This document shows positions 1-9,821 of a stretch of 64,000 nt of DNA, piece after piece; positions within the stretch are counted from its first letter, which is position 1, and each line of letters opens with the position of its first letter. Made by a program: the position numbers and the translations under genes. Source of the stretch: Candidatus Nezhaarchaeales archaeon (lineage in GTDB: Archaea; Thermoproteota; Methanomethylicia; Nezhaarchaeales; JAWCJE01); contig JAWCJE010000001.1 of the NCBI GenBank assembly GCA_038853715.1, forward strand, positions 117,963-181,962, written 5' to 3'. The notes below the pieces were generated by a model. The model made no database searches and was not told where the DNA came from. It saw only the letters and a list, made by a program, of their open reading frames with translations.

Positions 1-969
1 AGTGCAGCTATGGCCGGGTTTAAGGTTGTCGTCGTGCCGACTAGGGGTGACGGCTGCATCGACATGGAAGCGTTAAAAAGCGTACTCTCAAACCGAACGG
101 CCGGTTTAATGCTTACCAACCCTAATACGTTAGGGGTTTTCGAGAAGGATATCGTGGAGATAGCGAAGATGGTACATGAACAAGGCGGACTACTCTACTA
201 CGATGGGGCGAACCTAAACGCTATACTTGGTAAGGCTAGGCCGGGTGATATGGGCTTCGACATAGTACATATAAACCTACATAAGACGTTTTCGACACCC
301 CATGGCGGCGGCGGGCCCGGAGCGGGGCCTATAGGCGTTAAGAAGCATCTTGAGGAGTTTCTACCCGTACCCTTAGTTAGGTATGACGGTAAGAAGTATT
401 ATTTGGACTACGACTTACCTCATAGTATAGGTAAGGTTAGAGCCTTCTACGGCAACTTTGAGGTGTTAGTACGTGCGTTCGCGTATATCTTAAGCATGGG
501 CGCTGAAGGGTTAAGGAAGGCGTCCGAGGTAGCGGTGCTTAACGCTAACTATTTAGCGAGGAAGGTGTCAAGGATTGAAGGTTTAACTGTACCTTACGGC
601 GGCTTAGTTAAACACGAGTTTGTAGCTAGCGCCTCTAAGCTTAAGTCGGCTACTGGCGTTGAAACGAAGCATGTAGCGAAGAGGCTACTGGATTACGGTG
701 TTCATGCACCTACCGTTTACTTCCCGCTTATAGTTGGCGAGGCGTTAATGATTGAGCCAACCGAAACGGAGGCCTTAGAGGAGATCGATAGGTTCGCTGA
801 GGCCTTATCTAGCATAGTTAATGAGGCTCGGGAGAAGCGTGAAGCCGTTCTTAACGCGCCCCATTCGACGTCGGTGGGGCTCCTGGACGAGGTTAAAGCC
901 TCCCACCCTAAGACTTTAAGCTTAAGCTGGAGAATGATGCGTAAGCGGCTAAAAACTTTAAGAGGGTGA
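1..969 (+). CDS. gcvPB: Glycine dehydrogenase (decarboxylating) subunit 2, C-terminal part. The ORF is open to the window start, so it is a partial gene.
   Basis: Shows the PLP-lysine motif '[16 protein letters not shown]' and the typical P-protein subunit 2 C-terminal region. It is followed 25 nt later by gcvH. Confidence 0.85.
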   Translation, partial: SAAMAGFKVVVVPTRGDGCIDMEALKSVLSNRTAGLMLTNPNTLGVFEKDIVEIAKMVHEQGGLLYYDGANLNAILGKARPGDMGFDIVHINLHKTFSTPHGGGGPGAGPIGVKKHLEEFLPVPLVRYDGKKYYLDYDLPHSIGKVRAFYGNFEVLVRAFAYILSMGAEGLRKASEVAVLNANYLARKVSRIEGLTVPYGGLVKHEFVASASKLKSATGVETKHVAKRLLDYGVHAPTVYFPLIVGEALMIEPTETEALEEIDRFAEALSSIVNEAREKREAVLNAPHSTSVGLLDEVKASHPKTLSLSWRMMRKRLKTLRG

Positions 970-993
970 ATTCTAGCTTTAAGCGGGTGGCAT

Positions 994-1413
994 ATGTTGA
1001 AGGTTGACGACGTAAACATACCCGATGATTTATACTATAGCCGTGAGCATGAATGGGCGAGGGTTGAAGGTGAAGGCGTAGTAAGGATCGGCGTAACCGA
1101 TTACGCTCAGAAAATGCTTCACGAGATAGTGTTCGTCAACCTACCTAAGGAGGGGGTAAGCGTAAAGCAGATGGAGGCCTTAGGGGCTGTAGAATCGGTT
1201 AAAGCGGTCTCCGACGTATACTCCCCGGTATCAGGACGCGTAGTAGCCGTAAACCAAGAGCTTTTAAATAGCCCGGAGCTAATAAACCAGGACCCCTACG
1301 GTAAGGGGTGGATAGCGTTAATACAGCCAGACAACCTTAAGGATGATCTAGCCCGCCTATTAACAGCTTCACAGTACGCGGACTACGTTAAACGGCTTCT
1401 TAAAGAAAAGTAA
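994..1413 (+). CDS. gcvH: Glycine cleavage system H protein (lipoyl carrier).
   Basis: 139 aa. Conserved 'EHEWARVEGEG' N-terminal region and the lipoyl-lysine context 'VESVKAVSDVYSPVSG'. Confidence 0.9.
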   Translation: MLKVDDVNIPDDLYYSREHEWARVEGEGVVRIGVTDYAQKMLHEIVFVNLPKEGVSVKQMEALGAVESVKAVSDVYSPVSGRVVAVNQELLNSPELINQDPYGKGWIALIQPDNLKDDLARLLTASQYADYVKRLLKEK

Positions 1414-1416
1414 AGA

Positions 1417-1878
1417 TTATAGCTTCTTATATACGAATATTTTATGTGTACACCAACGGTCGTAAACCTCTTCGACGCGCCAAGGACGCCAACCAGGAAC
1501 CTCGAAGTCATGGGAAACAACTCGCGCTCCAGGTTTAAGCTCTCTTTCAAGCTTTGGCCTTAATTTTTCGTTAACGCTCGTTAAAAGGTACATCGTCACG
1601 ACGTCGGCTTTACTTAAATCCACATCGTAAAAGCTTCCATGGATTACTTGAACCTCGGAGTTTAAATTGTAAAGCTTAATTTTCTCCTCTATCTGCGAGT
1701 ATAGATCCTTCCTTATTTCAACGCCGATGGCGTGAGCGCCAAACTCTTTAGCAGCTATAAACAGTATTCGTCCATCCCCAGCGCCTAGGTCGTAAACAAC
1801 GTCGCCGGGCTTAACCTCGGCTAATTGAAGCATCCTTCTTACTACGTGTTCAGGGCTACTAACGAAGGGAACGTCCAA
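1417..1878 (-). CDS. Class I SAM-dependent methyltransferase.
   Basis: Motif I 'VYDLGAGDGRILF' (GxGxG) with a downstream acidic strand. Size 153 aa. Confidence 0.7.
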   Translation of the reverse strand: MDVPFVSSPEHVVRRMLQLAEVKPGDVVYDLGAGDGRILFIAAKEFGAHAIGVEIRKDLYSQIEEKIKLYNLNSEVQVIHGSFYDVDLSKADVVTMYLLTSVNEKLRPKLERELKPGARVVSHDFEVPGWRPWRVEEVYDRWCTHKIFVYKKL

Positions 1879-1914
1879 ATGTAATCCCCCTAGGGGGTTA
1901 AGAGTAGCACTTCT

Positions 1915-2046
1915 TAAAGTTTTTTAATGAAGCGGAGAGGAAATACTTAAAGCTATGTTTAACTCCGAAGCCTTCACCATGATAGGGGGAAGACACACCG
2001 TAGCCGTAGCTAAGCAAGTAGGCGTTATAAATAGTATAAGTTACGC
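1915..2046 (+). pseudogene. Duplicated fragment of the pgk 3' coding region; a non-functional gene fragment sitting in an intergenic region.
   Basis: About 130 bp at 1915-2046 aligns at roughly 90% identity with pgk 36705-36843. It would encode 'EEILKAMFNSEAFTMIGGRHTVAVAKQVGVINSISY' against the PGK sequence 'EEILKAMANSKAFTMIGGGHTVAAAKQVGVIDSISY'. No ORF context surrounds it. Confidence 0.5.
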
Positions 2047-2169
2047 ATTAAGGCCAGCTTCCGAGCCCGAGGGCCCTTAAGCATCAATACGTGTTAAGCG
2101 TACGAAGAGCCTTTGATGGGAGGGAAAGTATAAAAGGGTGAGGGCTGCTGATTTAGCAGGTTTAGCCTC

Positions 2170-2571
2170 ATGCATACGCCTGAAGCAGTTTTCCTAAAAA
2201 GCTTAATGGATTGGGTTGAGGCCCAGAAGAAGATCTTAAACGCCTTTAAAGAGGCAGATAAGGAGCTTGAAAACGCGGATAGGTTAATGCAGGTGTTAGC
2301 TTCTAGGAACGCCTGCTTCCATATAGCTAGAACCATTAAGGGCTTCGAAAGCTGGCTTCAAAACCCTTTAGTAATAGGGCTTATGCCTAAGGAGATGGCC
2401 GACGAGGTTCGGAGGAAGCTATGGGACCTCATGAAGGAGGTAATGGAGTTCGATATAAAGCATACGAGCGACTTCACGAACCTACTGAAGAAGATGAGCG
2501 ACGAAGGCAAACTTCCACGCGTTCTCTTCGAGAAAAGGGAGGAAGCACGAAGAGTCCCCTATACGCTTTAA
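2170..2571 (+). CDS. Hypothetical protein, predicted helical.
   Basis: 133-aa ORF with normal codon usage and no recognisable motif. It overlaps a shorter antisense ORF, which I rejected. Confidence 0.4.
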   Translation: MHTPEAVFLKSLMDWVEAQKKILNAFKEADKELENADRLMQVLASRNACFHIARTIKGFESWLQNPLVIGLMPKEMADEVRRKLWDLMKEVMEFDIKHTSDFTNLLKKMSDEGKLPRVLFEKREEARRVPYTL

Positions 2572-3086
2572 AGGGTAAGTAGCGCCGTGAAACCCCCCAT
2601 TACTATGACTCCAGCCGCTAATACTCCTAAGGCTATCGAGATCAAGGCGGTCCATTTATCCATACCTAGTAGGTACGCCGCCAATGAAGCGGTCCAAGCA
2701 CCCGTTAAAGGTAGCGGTATAGCCGTGAATAGGGCTAACCCTAAAGGACCGTAACGATTAACGTATGGAATAACCCTCCTCCGCGTCCGCTCTAAGTATG
2801 TTGAATACGCGTTAACAATGCGTAAAGCTAAACCGGCGGAAGAAGCGTTAAAGGAAGCTTTACGCCGCGCCATTAAACATAGTGAGTCCTCCACGCTTTT
2901 AAGCGTAAAGAGTATTAAAGGCACCGGTAAAATATTACCGGTTATCGCCGTTACGTATACGAGGATCGGGTTAACGCCGGCTGCTAACCCTACCGGTATA
3001 GCTCCTCTAAGCTCCGATAATGGGAGCATGGAAAGCACGAAGATCAGTATTAAGACCTGTAGCTGATCCTCAACCCCCACCATCAC
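2568..3086 (-). CDS. Small multidrug-export-like integral membrane protein (COG2426-like).
   Basis: 172 aa with 4-5 predicted TM helices. The N-terminal 'LSELRGAIPVGLAAG' and the 'YGPLGLALFTAIPLPLTGAWTASLAAYLLG' pattern are typical of this family. Confidence 0.5.
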   Translation of the reverse strand: MMVGVEDQLQVLILIFVLSMLPLSELRGAIPVGLAAGVNPILVYVTAITGNILPVPLILFTLKSVEDSLCLMARRKASFNASSAGLALRIVNAYSTYLERTRRRVIPYVNRYGPLGLALFTAIPLPLTGAWTASLAAYLLGMDKWTALISIALGVLAAGVIVMGGFTALLTL

Positions 3087-3320
3087 CGCTCGCCAACCAA
3101 CCCCTCTTTAACACCTTAAAGGCTGGAGGCCCCTATAAAGGATTTAAGGGGAAGTATCATAGCTACGCGTCGACCTTACGGTTTTAAGGCTTAGAAAAGC
3201 CACACGGTTTTAGATCGTTAAGCGTTTAATGGGGTACGTGTCCTCCTAGCTGAGCCGGGAAACCGGAAACTTCTATACGTAGGTGTTTAAGTACTTAGAC
3301 GGCGCGGTTGAGGTGTTACC

Positions 3321-4325
3321 GTGAAGCGTAAGAGGACGGTTACCGCTTCAGCCCCTGGGAAGTGTATTATTACCGGTGAACACTTCGTCGTACATGGTGA
3401 GCCGGCGTTAGTTATGGCTATAAATAGGAGGGTGTATGTAGAATCGCGACTTAAAGAGGGGTCCGATGTTCAAATCGCTTCCGAGGACCTAGGCTTAGCT
3501 GGCTGCTTCATCGATGACGAATACAAGCCAATCCTAGGCGGAATGAGGGGGGAGGCCGTATTAAAACCGGTTAAAGCCGCGGTTATGGAGGTTTTTAAGG
3601 AGGCTAAAACCGTTAAAGGCTTAGATTTAAGGATACGATCGCAGATACCGGTAAGCTCAGGGCTAGGATCATCGGCTGCCTTAGTAGTAGCTAGTATCGC
3701 GGCCGTAAGTCGACTCTTAGAGGTTGAACTATCTAAGGAGGAGCTTTTTAAGCTAGCGGTGGAAGCTGAAAAGGTTGTCCACGTTAAACCTAGCGGAATA
3801 GACCCCTTAATATCGATAGGGGGAGGGATTATCGCCTTCCGTAGGGAGGAGGGATTCCTACCAGTTAAAAGCCCCGTATCGCTACCCCTGGTTTTAGGCA
3901 ATACGAAGACGCCTAGGTCAACGGGGGAGATGGTTAACCGTGTAGCTAAACTGAAGGAGAAGTACCCCGAAATCATTGATCCCTTATTTCATAGCGCTGG
4001 GCGCTTAACCATTAAGGCTATTGAAGCGGTTAGAAGCGGCGACTTAGTTACGCTGGGCGAATTAATGAACATAAACCACGAGCTTCTAAGCGCTATAGGC
4101 GTTTCAACCCCGAAGCTGGATAACCTAGTACGTAAAGCTAGAGAAGCGGGTGCTTTAGGGGCTAAGCTTACTGGCGCAGGCGGCGGCGGCTTCATGGTGG
4201 CCCTTTGCCCTAAGGAACGCGTAAGTAAAGTTTTTAAAGCTATTAAAAACGCTAAGGGAGAACCGTACGAGGCTAGGTTAGAGGAGGAAGGAGTAATCAT
4301 CGAGGAGGACGAACGTTTACGGTAA
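3321..4325 (+). CDS. mvk: Mevalonate kinase (GHMP kinase family).
   Basis: GTG start. Motifs 'GKCIITGEHFVVHG' and the GHMP motif 'PVSSGLGSSAALVVA', with a C-terminal 'GAKLTGAGGGG'. Confidence 0.85.
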   Translation: MKRKRTVTASAPGKCIITGEHFVVHGEPALVMAINRRVYVESRLKEGSDVQIASEDLGLAGCFIDDEYKPILGGMRGEAVLKPVKAAVMEVFKEAKTVKGLDLRIRSQIPVSSGLGSSAALVVASIAAVSRLLEVELSKEELFKLAVEAEKVVHVKPSGIDPLISIGGGIIAFRREEGFLPVKSPVSLPLVLGNTKTPRSTGEMVNRVAKLKEKYPEIIDPLFHSAGRLTIKAIEAVRSGDLVTLGELMNINHELLSAIGVSTPKLDNLVRKAREAGALGAKLTGAGGGGFMVALCPKERVSKVFKAIKNAKGEPYEARLEEEGVIIEEDERLR

Positions 4326-4420
4326 TAGTGAAAACGGCTTAAAACCCGGGGGTTAGGGTGTTGAAGCTTTTGGGAGATTACCAGTAAAGCATAATAAGGA
4401 TGGCCGCCTAACCTTTAGTC

Positions 4421-5605
4421 ATGCCTCCCCTACGCTTATCTTCAGAATTAGCCTGCTTAATACCGCCCTCCGAAACGCTCGGCGTTGTAGAGAGGATTGA
4501 AGTACTTAAGAGGCGCGGCGTGGACGTAGTTAGGTTCGATGTGGGGGAGCCGGACTTTAAAACCCCTGAACATATACAAAGGGCTGCTTTAAACGCGATT
4601 AGCGAGGGCTTCACTAAGTATACGTCTAGTAGGGGCATTCTTGAGTTAAGGCAGGCGATCGCCCTACATGTTAAGGACTGGATAGGCTTGGATTACGATC
4701 CTGAAAGCGAAATTATAGCGACGCCGGGGGCTAAGTTCGCCATATACGCGGCTATTCAAGCCGTGGTTAATAGGGGTGATGAAGTCATCATACTAACGCC
4801 GGCATGGCCGACTTACAAGGCTTGCGTACTAGCGGTTTTCGCGAAGCCGGTGGAGGTAGCGATGCTTGAGTCCTACAAGGTTAACGAGGAGGGGGTTAAA
4901 AACGCTATTACTAGTAGGACTAGGATGATAATGGTGAATACGCCTAATAACCCTACCGGAGGCGTATTAAGCGTTGAAGACTTAAAGTTGATCGCCGACC
5001 TAGCCGTTGACCATAGCCTACTGGTACTATCCGACGAGATCTATAAGGCGTTCGTTTTCGAGGGTAAACACGTAAGCATAGCGTCGTTACCGGGTATGCG
5101 TGAAAGAACCATCATCGTGGACGGATTAAGCAAAACGTACTCAATGACCGGCTGGAGGCTAGGCTTCGCGTTAGCGCCTAGAGAAGTAGTAGATGCGATG
5201 GTTAAAATCCAGCAGGCTTCCACCACCTGTCCGGCGAGCTTCGTTCAAAAGGCTGGAATAGCCGCGCTTACAGGCCCCCAAGACGTGGTTAAAAGGTTCC
5301 TAGAGGAGTACGATAGGAGGAGGAGACGGATTATTAGGGGGCTTAACCAGATAGAAGGCGTTAAATGCAATAACCCCCAAGGAGCCTTCTACGTATTCCC
5401 CGACTTTTCAAGCTTTAATATCCCATCGAAAATGCTAGCCGAACGCCTATTAATGGAGGCCGGCGTAGCCACCGTAGCCGGTAGCCCCTTCGGCCCCGGT
5501 GGTGAGGGGAAGCTTAGAATAGCGTACACTACGAGCATGGATAGGATTGAGGAGGGCCTACGTAGGATTAAAGACTTTGTAGATAAGCTTAAGGGGCTCA
5601 GCTAA
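4421..5605 (+). CDS. Aspartate/aromatic aminotransferase (class I, PLP-dependent).
   Basis: 'NPNNPTG' motif, the PLP-lysine context 'SKTYSMTGWRLG', and a C-terminal 'R' region. 394 aa. Confidence 0.85.
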   Translation: MPPLRLSSELACLIPPSETLGVVERIEVLKRRGVDVVRFDVGEPDFKTPEHIQRAALNAISEGFTKYTSSRGILELRQAIALHVKDWIGLDYDPESEIIATPGAKFAIYAAIQAVVNRGDEVIILTPAWPTYKACVLAVFAKPVEVAMLESYKVNEEGVKNAITSRTRMIMVNTPNNPTGGVLSVEDLKLIADLAVDHSLLVLSDEIYKAFVFEGKHVSIASLPGMRERTIIVDGLSKTYSMTGWRLGFALAPREVVDAMVKIQQASTTCPASFVQKAGIAALTGPQDVVKRFLEEYDRRRRRIIRGLNQIEGVKCNNPQGAFYVFPDFSSFNIPSKMLAERLLMEAGVATVAGSPFGPGGEGKLRIAYTTSMDRIEEGLRRIKDFVDKLKGLS

Positions 5606-5625
5606 AAACGGGTTTAAAATCCGGA

Positions 5626-6306
5626 TTAATACGCGGCCTTACAACTTGAGGCTAGGCAGTATTCCGTTATGTAGTTTAACGCCTTCATAGCCGCTTCTTC
5701 GATAAGCGTAAAGCTAATACCTGGAACCCCGCAGCTTACGAGGAGTACGTTCCGCGTATGTTCGGTTACCTTAGTACTTTCACTATCCCTATAGGGGTAG
5801 ATGGCTACTAGTTTCTCGCTATCGGCTATTACCGGTTCAAGGCCTTTAAGCGTTAACGGGGAGGCCATCCCTATGCCTATGAAAAGCTCCCCGGGTCTAG
5901 CGAACCTTAACGTTAAACCGCCCTTAACCCTATCCAAGTCGAAGGCGGCTATAGCTACCCCGGTTTCAAGTGAAGCTAGGTTGTAGGCGTCCACCACGTT
6001 ATTTACCTGGGGGAAGGGTTTACCGGTTAGAACCCTTCTAACTAATGCTTCACTAGCTGGACGGATCTTAGTTGGATCTATGCCGATACGCCAAAAGAAG
6101 TCGCGGTAGGCCCTAAAAATCGGTTGAAGTCTAACTTCCTCAAGCTTAAACCTTAACTTTAAGGAGGCGCAAACCTCCTCAATACGCGTTTTAAAGCCCG
6201 GTTTTGAAGCTTCAACCTTAACGCCTCTAACCGTTCGAAAAGCCACCGAAATACCCTGAAAACGCTCCTTTAAAGCGTTATCGATAGCTACTTCAGGCGT
6301 ATCCAT
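5626..6306 (-). CDS. B3/4 domain protein (tRNA-binding-like, COG3382).
   Basis: 226 aa with the B3/4-domain pattern '...VVDAYNLASLETGVAIAAFDLD...'. Confidence 0.65.
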   Translation of the reverse strand: MDTPEVAIDNALKERFQGISVAFRTVRGVKVEASKPGFKTRIEEVCASLKLRFKLEEVRLQPIFRAYRDFFWRIGIDPTKIRPASEALVRRVLTGKPFPQVNNVVDAYNLASLETGVAIAAFDLDRVKGGLTLRFARPGELFIGIGMASPLTLKGLEPVIADSEKLVAIYPYRDSESTKVTEHTRNVLLVSCGVPGISFTLIEEAAMKALNYITEYCLASSCKAAY

Positions 6307-6329
6307 CTACCTGCCCTTAACACTTAAAG

Positions 6330-7049
6330 TTAAACCCCTACTTTAATCCGCCGGTAGGCGGCAATAAGCGTAATGGCGCCACTAGCTACTATTACCGTTA
6401 ACACTACAAGGTTTTGGATGTAGATGACGCTAATAGTAACGTTATCGATAATCCAGGCTGCCTCCTCATCGCATGACGGATCGTATAGCGTTAAGTACAA
6501 CTTAATCGTTTGCCCCGCGTAAATCTGGGTTTTAGGCGTAATATCGATGGAGAAGTCCCTCCATTCGGTAAGGCCTTCGAACTGCTCCAGTAATACTTGA
6601 TCGTAAAGTACATTGCCAGTTACATCGATAACCCTAGCCGCTACCAACCCGAACCCGCTTTCCCTCTTTATCGAGGCCTCCAACACTATCCTAGTTAGAA
6701 ACGGGGAGGTTAAGTCTAAAGGACTTAAGTTAACGGGCTGGTATAGGCTTAAGACCCCGCAAGAAGTAGTTGATGAACGTACGCGTATAGCTGGTGGAGG
6801 CTTACCATCATCCTCGACGTATTCCACCTCGAACGCTGGAGTACCGCCTAAGCCCTTAATTGGTAGCTGTTCAACACGCCACTCCGCTAACCCTCTATCG
6901 AAGCTAGGGTTCTTATTTAGGATCTCCCTCGTAATTAAGGATTCGAGGATTTGCTGCCGGTAATACCAAGCGACCATGTTAATGCCTAAGAGTAGGAGCG
7001 TTAAGTTCATTACGTGTAGTAATGGCAGATGGAAGCTTGCCTTAAACAT
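6330..7049 (-). CDS. Hypothetical membrane-anchored protein with N- and C-terminal TM segments.
   Basis: 239 aa. It has an N-terminal hydrophobic segment and a C-terminal TM helix followed by 'RRIKVGV', which resembles an archaeal surface-protein anchor. No catalytic motif. Confidence 0.45.
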   Translation of the reverse strand: MFKASFHLPLLHVMNLTLLLLGINMVAWYYRQQILESLITREILNKNPSFDRGLAEWRVEQLPIKGLGGTPAFEVEYVEDDGKPPPAIRVRSSTTSCGVLSLYQPVNLSPLDLTSPFLTRIVLEASIKRESGFGLVAARVIDVTGNVLYDQVLLEQFEGLTEWRDFSIDITPKTQIYAGQTIKLYLTLYDPSCDEEAAWIIDNVTISVIYIQNLVVLTVIVASGAITLIAAYRRIKVGV

Positions 7050-7089
7050 GGTCGTTAAACCTATTACGGTCTAAATAGTTTTAGCTTTA

Positions 7090-7890
7090 AACTATTTGAA
7101 CCTTTTTATTGACGCTCTCCACGACTATAGACGAGGAGCTCTGTTCTTCGAGCTGAGGCTTTCATTAAGTTCCGGGCTATGTTAAGGCGGCCTACGCTAT
7201 GGAGACTAGCACCATAACCCGCTTAAGAACGTTCATAGCTCCGTTAAAGTCCGCGTTACAGGAATAGCCATGGTTTGAACTTTTAAACAAGCTTCAGACT
7301 TGGAAGCGTCTTGCCTCACGTTCTATGAGTTGGCTTAACCTATGGTATGGGAATCCGTTGCTAAGTTTTTCCGTCGAGGGGTTTGAGTTATGCTTAACGC
7401 CCTACTCGATCCCCCTTCGAAGCAACCAAAGGTTTATGGTGTTTCCACTAGACTCCGATGGAAATATGGTTTTGAACTCAACCGATTAAACCTTCTTCCC
7501 GCTTCAAACTCCACCATAAATTAGGTTTAATGGACGACGAGGCCAAGAAGGCCCTGAGAAGGGCGAGTGAAGCTGGAGGCTGAAGCATGATTGGCGCTTC
7601 GAGAACTTAAAGCGAGGTATGATGGGGGAGGCTTGTGGGGCCATTAAGGCCCGCTTTAAAACCTGAAGGACCTGGGGACGGCCTTCGAGTATGGGTCTAT
7701 GTTCATCTTCCAATATGTATGCTTACGACCGTTGAGCGGCGAAGTATGGGTGAAAGCTTTATAGGTGTTTTAGCTAATCACACGGGCCACTTAAGGTATT
7801 TAGCGCTGCCGATCGCTTTAACCATCTTACGTAAGGCGAGCCTCTACTTCGTAAGGTAATATTGAGTGTTACGCTTCCGCTCTAAAACGG
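7090..7890 (-). pseudogene. Degraded IS200/IS605-family TnpB (OrfB)-like remnant.
   Basis: This is an 860-bp gap with no ORF over 75 aa. Minus-strand translation of about 7213-7275 gives 'NHGYSCNADFNGAMNVLKRVMV', matching the TnpB C-terminal RuvC-III/zinc-finger signature 'C..AD.NAA.NIL.R'. Other frames give 'VKPTHRT..KT' (compare 'V.P.YTSQ.C') and 'VLEG', consistent with frameshift decay. Confidence 0.3.
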
Positions 7891-7910
7891 GATCGTAAGG
7901 TTTATTTAGC

Positions 7911-8618
7911 TTATGCTATTCTTACCGCTGTTTCTACTACGATACCGTAGTCCGTAATTCTATACGGTATAGTCCTTGGCGCGTGATGCATCCTCCTAAG
8001 CTTTTTAATCCTTAAACTTCCTACGGCTTCCGTTTCCTCCTGAAGTAACTCGAAGCTTAAAACGCCGTCGGCGAAGTGCTCGATAGTAGTTATAGTTTTA
8101 GGCTCGTGAAGCCCTGAAATAACTATTAGGAAGTGTAAGCCGCCGCTCCTTCTAACTTGGTGGGTGATTGCGTCTATCGGGTCTAGTAATTCCCTTAAAT
8201 CGTATAGAAGGAGGAAATAGGAGAAGGTGTCAACTACGGACCAACGGCCGTCAGCAATCATACTGGGTACGGTAGTTGATAAAGAGTCCAATAATACTCG
8301 GCGTCCAGATATACCCCTCCTAACGTTCATTCGTTGTGAGTATATATCGATAAACTCCCATAAATCCTTAACCTGATCTACATCCCAGCCGTAAGCCTGC
8401 ATTTCAGACTTAATTTCTTCAGGAGTATCTTCAACGGTGGCGTAGGCAACTTTACCTCCCTCCTTAGCCTTCGCGTAAAGTAGCTGCTGAACGAAGAGCC
8501 TATGACCCGACCCTGGATCTCCCAATACGAGGATGAGGCTACCATTCGGGAGGCCTCCTCCTAATATGTTGTCAAGGGTTTTTATACCGGTACTTATAAG
8601 GGCCTTCGCCGCGCTCAT
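7911..8618 (-). CDS. KaiC/RadA-like RecA-superfamily ATPase-domain protein with a degenerate P-loop.
   Basis: 235 aa with KaiC-like architecture ('GGGLPNGSLILVLGDPGSGHRLF...'). The Walker A lysine and Ser/Thr are replaced (GSGHR instead of GxGK[ST]). Confidence 0.6.
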   Translation of the reverse strand: MSAAKALISTGIKTLDNILGGGLPNGSLILVLGDPGSGHRLFVQQLLYAKAKEGGKVAYATVEDTPEEIKSEMQAYGWDVDQVKDLWEFIDIYSQRMNVRRGISGRRVLLDSLSTTVPSMIADGRWSVVDTFSYFLLLYDLRELLDPIDAITHQVRRSGGLHFLIVISGLHEPKTITTIEHFADGVLSFELLQEETEAVGSLRIKKLRRMHHAPRTIPYRITDYGIVVETAVRIA

Positions 8619-8670
8619 GCTGCGTCATCTTAAGCCTTTTTAACACTAAAAAACACGTTAATGTTGCGGT

Positions 8671-9804
8671 TCAATAAAATTTAAAGCTTACACCCCCTTG
8701 AATTAGTAACGGTTTAAGGTGTTGCCTCCTCATGAAGCCTATTAGCTCGTTGAGGTTTGGGTGGGATCCCTTCTCACTTGATATGTAGTATCCGGCTACG
8801 GCGTTAGCTACTATTAACTTAGCGGGGCTAGGTATATCTAAAGCCCAGCAGTAAACGTTACCAGCGTTCCAAGCGTCGCCAGCGCCAGTTACCCTTTTCA
8901 CCTGTACGTCGAAGGTGGGGAGTAGGGTAAAACCATCCTCCTCAAAGGATGCTGAGTAATTCGCCGTATGAAGGTAAACCTTAACGCGTAGAGCTTCATG
9001 TAGGAGGCGCGCCGCGGTTAATACTAGTTCGTCGGAGGGGCCTTTAGGCTTTAGACGCGCTATATCCTCATTTAAACATGAGGCATACCAGAGGGCTTCA
9101 TTCTCGTTTACGCTAAGGGCGTCGATTAGGCCGCTTTTAAGTACTTCGTCGATAAGCGTCTTAACTTCTCCAGCCCTACGTGATGGATCCCCTGTATCTA
9201 GGAAGATTTTAGGTTTACCCTGCTTCTTTAAGCGTTGAAGTACTGCCTTTATGAGCTCGGTGCCTCTACGGTTGGCCGTCCAGTTTAATAGGCATAATAC
9301 GTCGGCGTCCTCCATTAACGAGTATTCACGCTCGGTTAACCATTCGGGCCCGTATTTAGCTAACGTACCTGGGTCGCTAACCATTATGTTAACTAAGCGG
9401 CCCTTATGCTTTAGCTCGATGGAAACTGTTGACGATAATTCGCCATTACACCTTACGCCGCTAAGGTCGACGTCGAGGCCGGCCATAAACCATTTGAGGA
9501 GGTTTAGCCCGAGCTCGCTGGTTACCGATATTAAACGTACCCTTGCGCCTAGACGGGCAAGCGCTGAAGACGTATTTGCGGCGTTACCACCCCTCATAAC
9601 CATCTGCTTAGTAAGAGGTAGGCTTCCACCGCCTTGATCAGCTAGTAGGGTGAGGTCGGTTAAAAGGTTTGTTAAGTCTGCTTCGTAGCTTACTATTGTA
9701 TCTAGGAAGAAGTCCGGCATTACCGTGATTGTCGGCTTACCTTTAGCTGAGGTTAAGGCTTCAATAGCTTCATTTAACCAGCGGTTCATAGCCACTGGTA
9801 ACAC
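8671..9804 (-). CDS. PfkB/ribokinase-family carbohydrate kinase.
   Basis: 377 aa with the C-terminal signature 'VTGAGDAWNAG' (PfkB motif 2). Confidence 0.75.
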   Translation of the reverse strand: MLPVAMNRWLNEAIEALTSAKGKPTITVMPDFFLDTIVSYEADLTNLLTDLTLLADQGGGSLPLTKQMVMRGGNAANTSSALARLGARVRLISVTSELGLNLLKWFMAGLDVDLSGVRCNGELSSTVSIELKHKGRLVNIMVSDPGTLAKYGPEWLTEREYSLMEDADVLCLLNWTANRRGTELIKAVLQRLKKQGKPKIFLDTGDPSRRAGEVKTLIDEVLKSGLIDALSVNENEALWYASCLNEDIARLKPKGPSDELVLTAARLLHEALRVKVYLHTANYSASFEEDGFTLLPTFDVQVKRVTGAGDAWNAGNVYCWALDIPSPAKLIVANAVAGYYISSEKGSHPNLNELIGFMRRQHLKPLLIQGGVSFKFY

Positions 9805-9821
9805 GCTTAATCAGTTATCGT

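Noticed and set aside
717-1019. 100-aa antisense ORF overlapping the gcvPB 3' end and the gcvH start.
   Set aside because: It lies entirely within well-supported genes on the opposite strand and has no motif. It is most likely a chance ORF.
1886-1897. Perfect 12-bp palindrome 'ccccctaggggg' just upstream of the methyltransferase start.
   Set aside because: A single short palindrome can arise by chance, and it is not repeated elsewhere in the window. I noted it only as a possible operator.
2094-2336. 80-aa minus-strand ORF overlapping the 2170..2571 plus-strand ORF.
   Set aside because: It is shorter and overlaps a longer ORF with better coding character. Neither is certain, and I kept only the longer one at low confidence.
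3470-4300. Two antisense ORFs (168 aa and 103 aa) inside mevalonate kinase.
   Set aside because: Their Ser/Thr/Pro-rich, low-complexity translations are typical of the antisense frame of a GC-moderate gene. mvk itself is strongly supported.
7635-7859. 74-aa plus-strand ORF in the 7.05-7.9 kb gap.
   Set aside because: It has no motif and lies within the decayed TnpB-like region. It is probably spurious.
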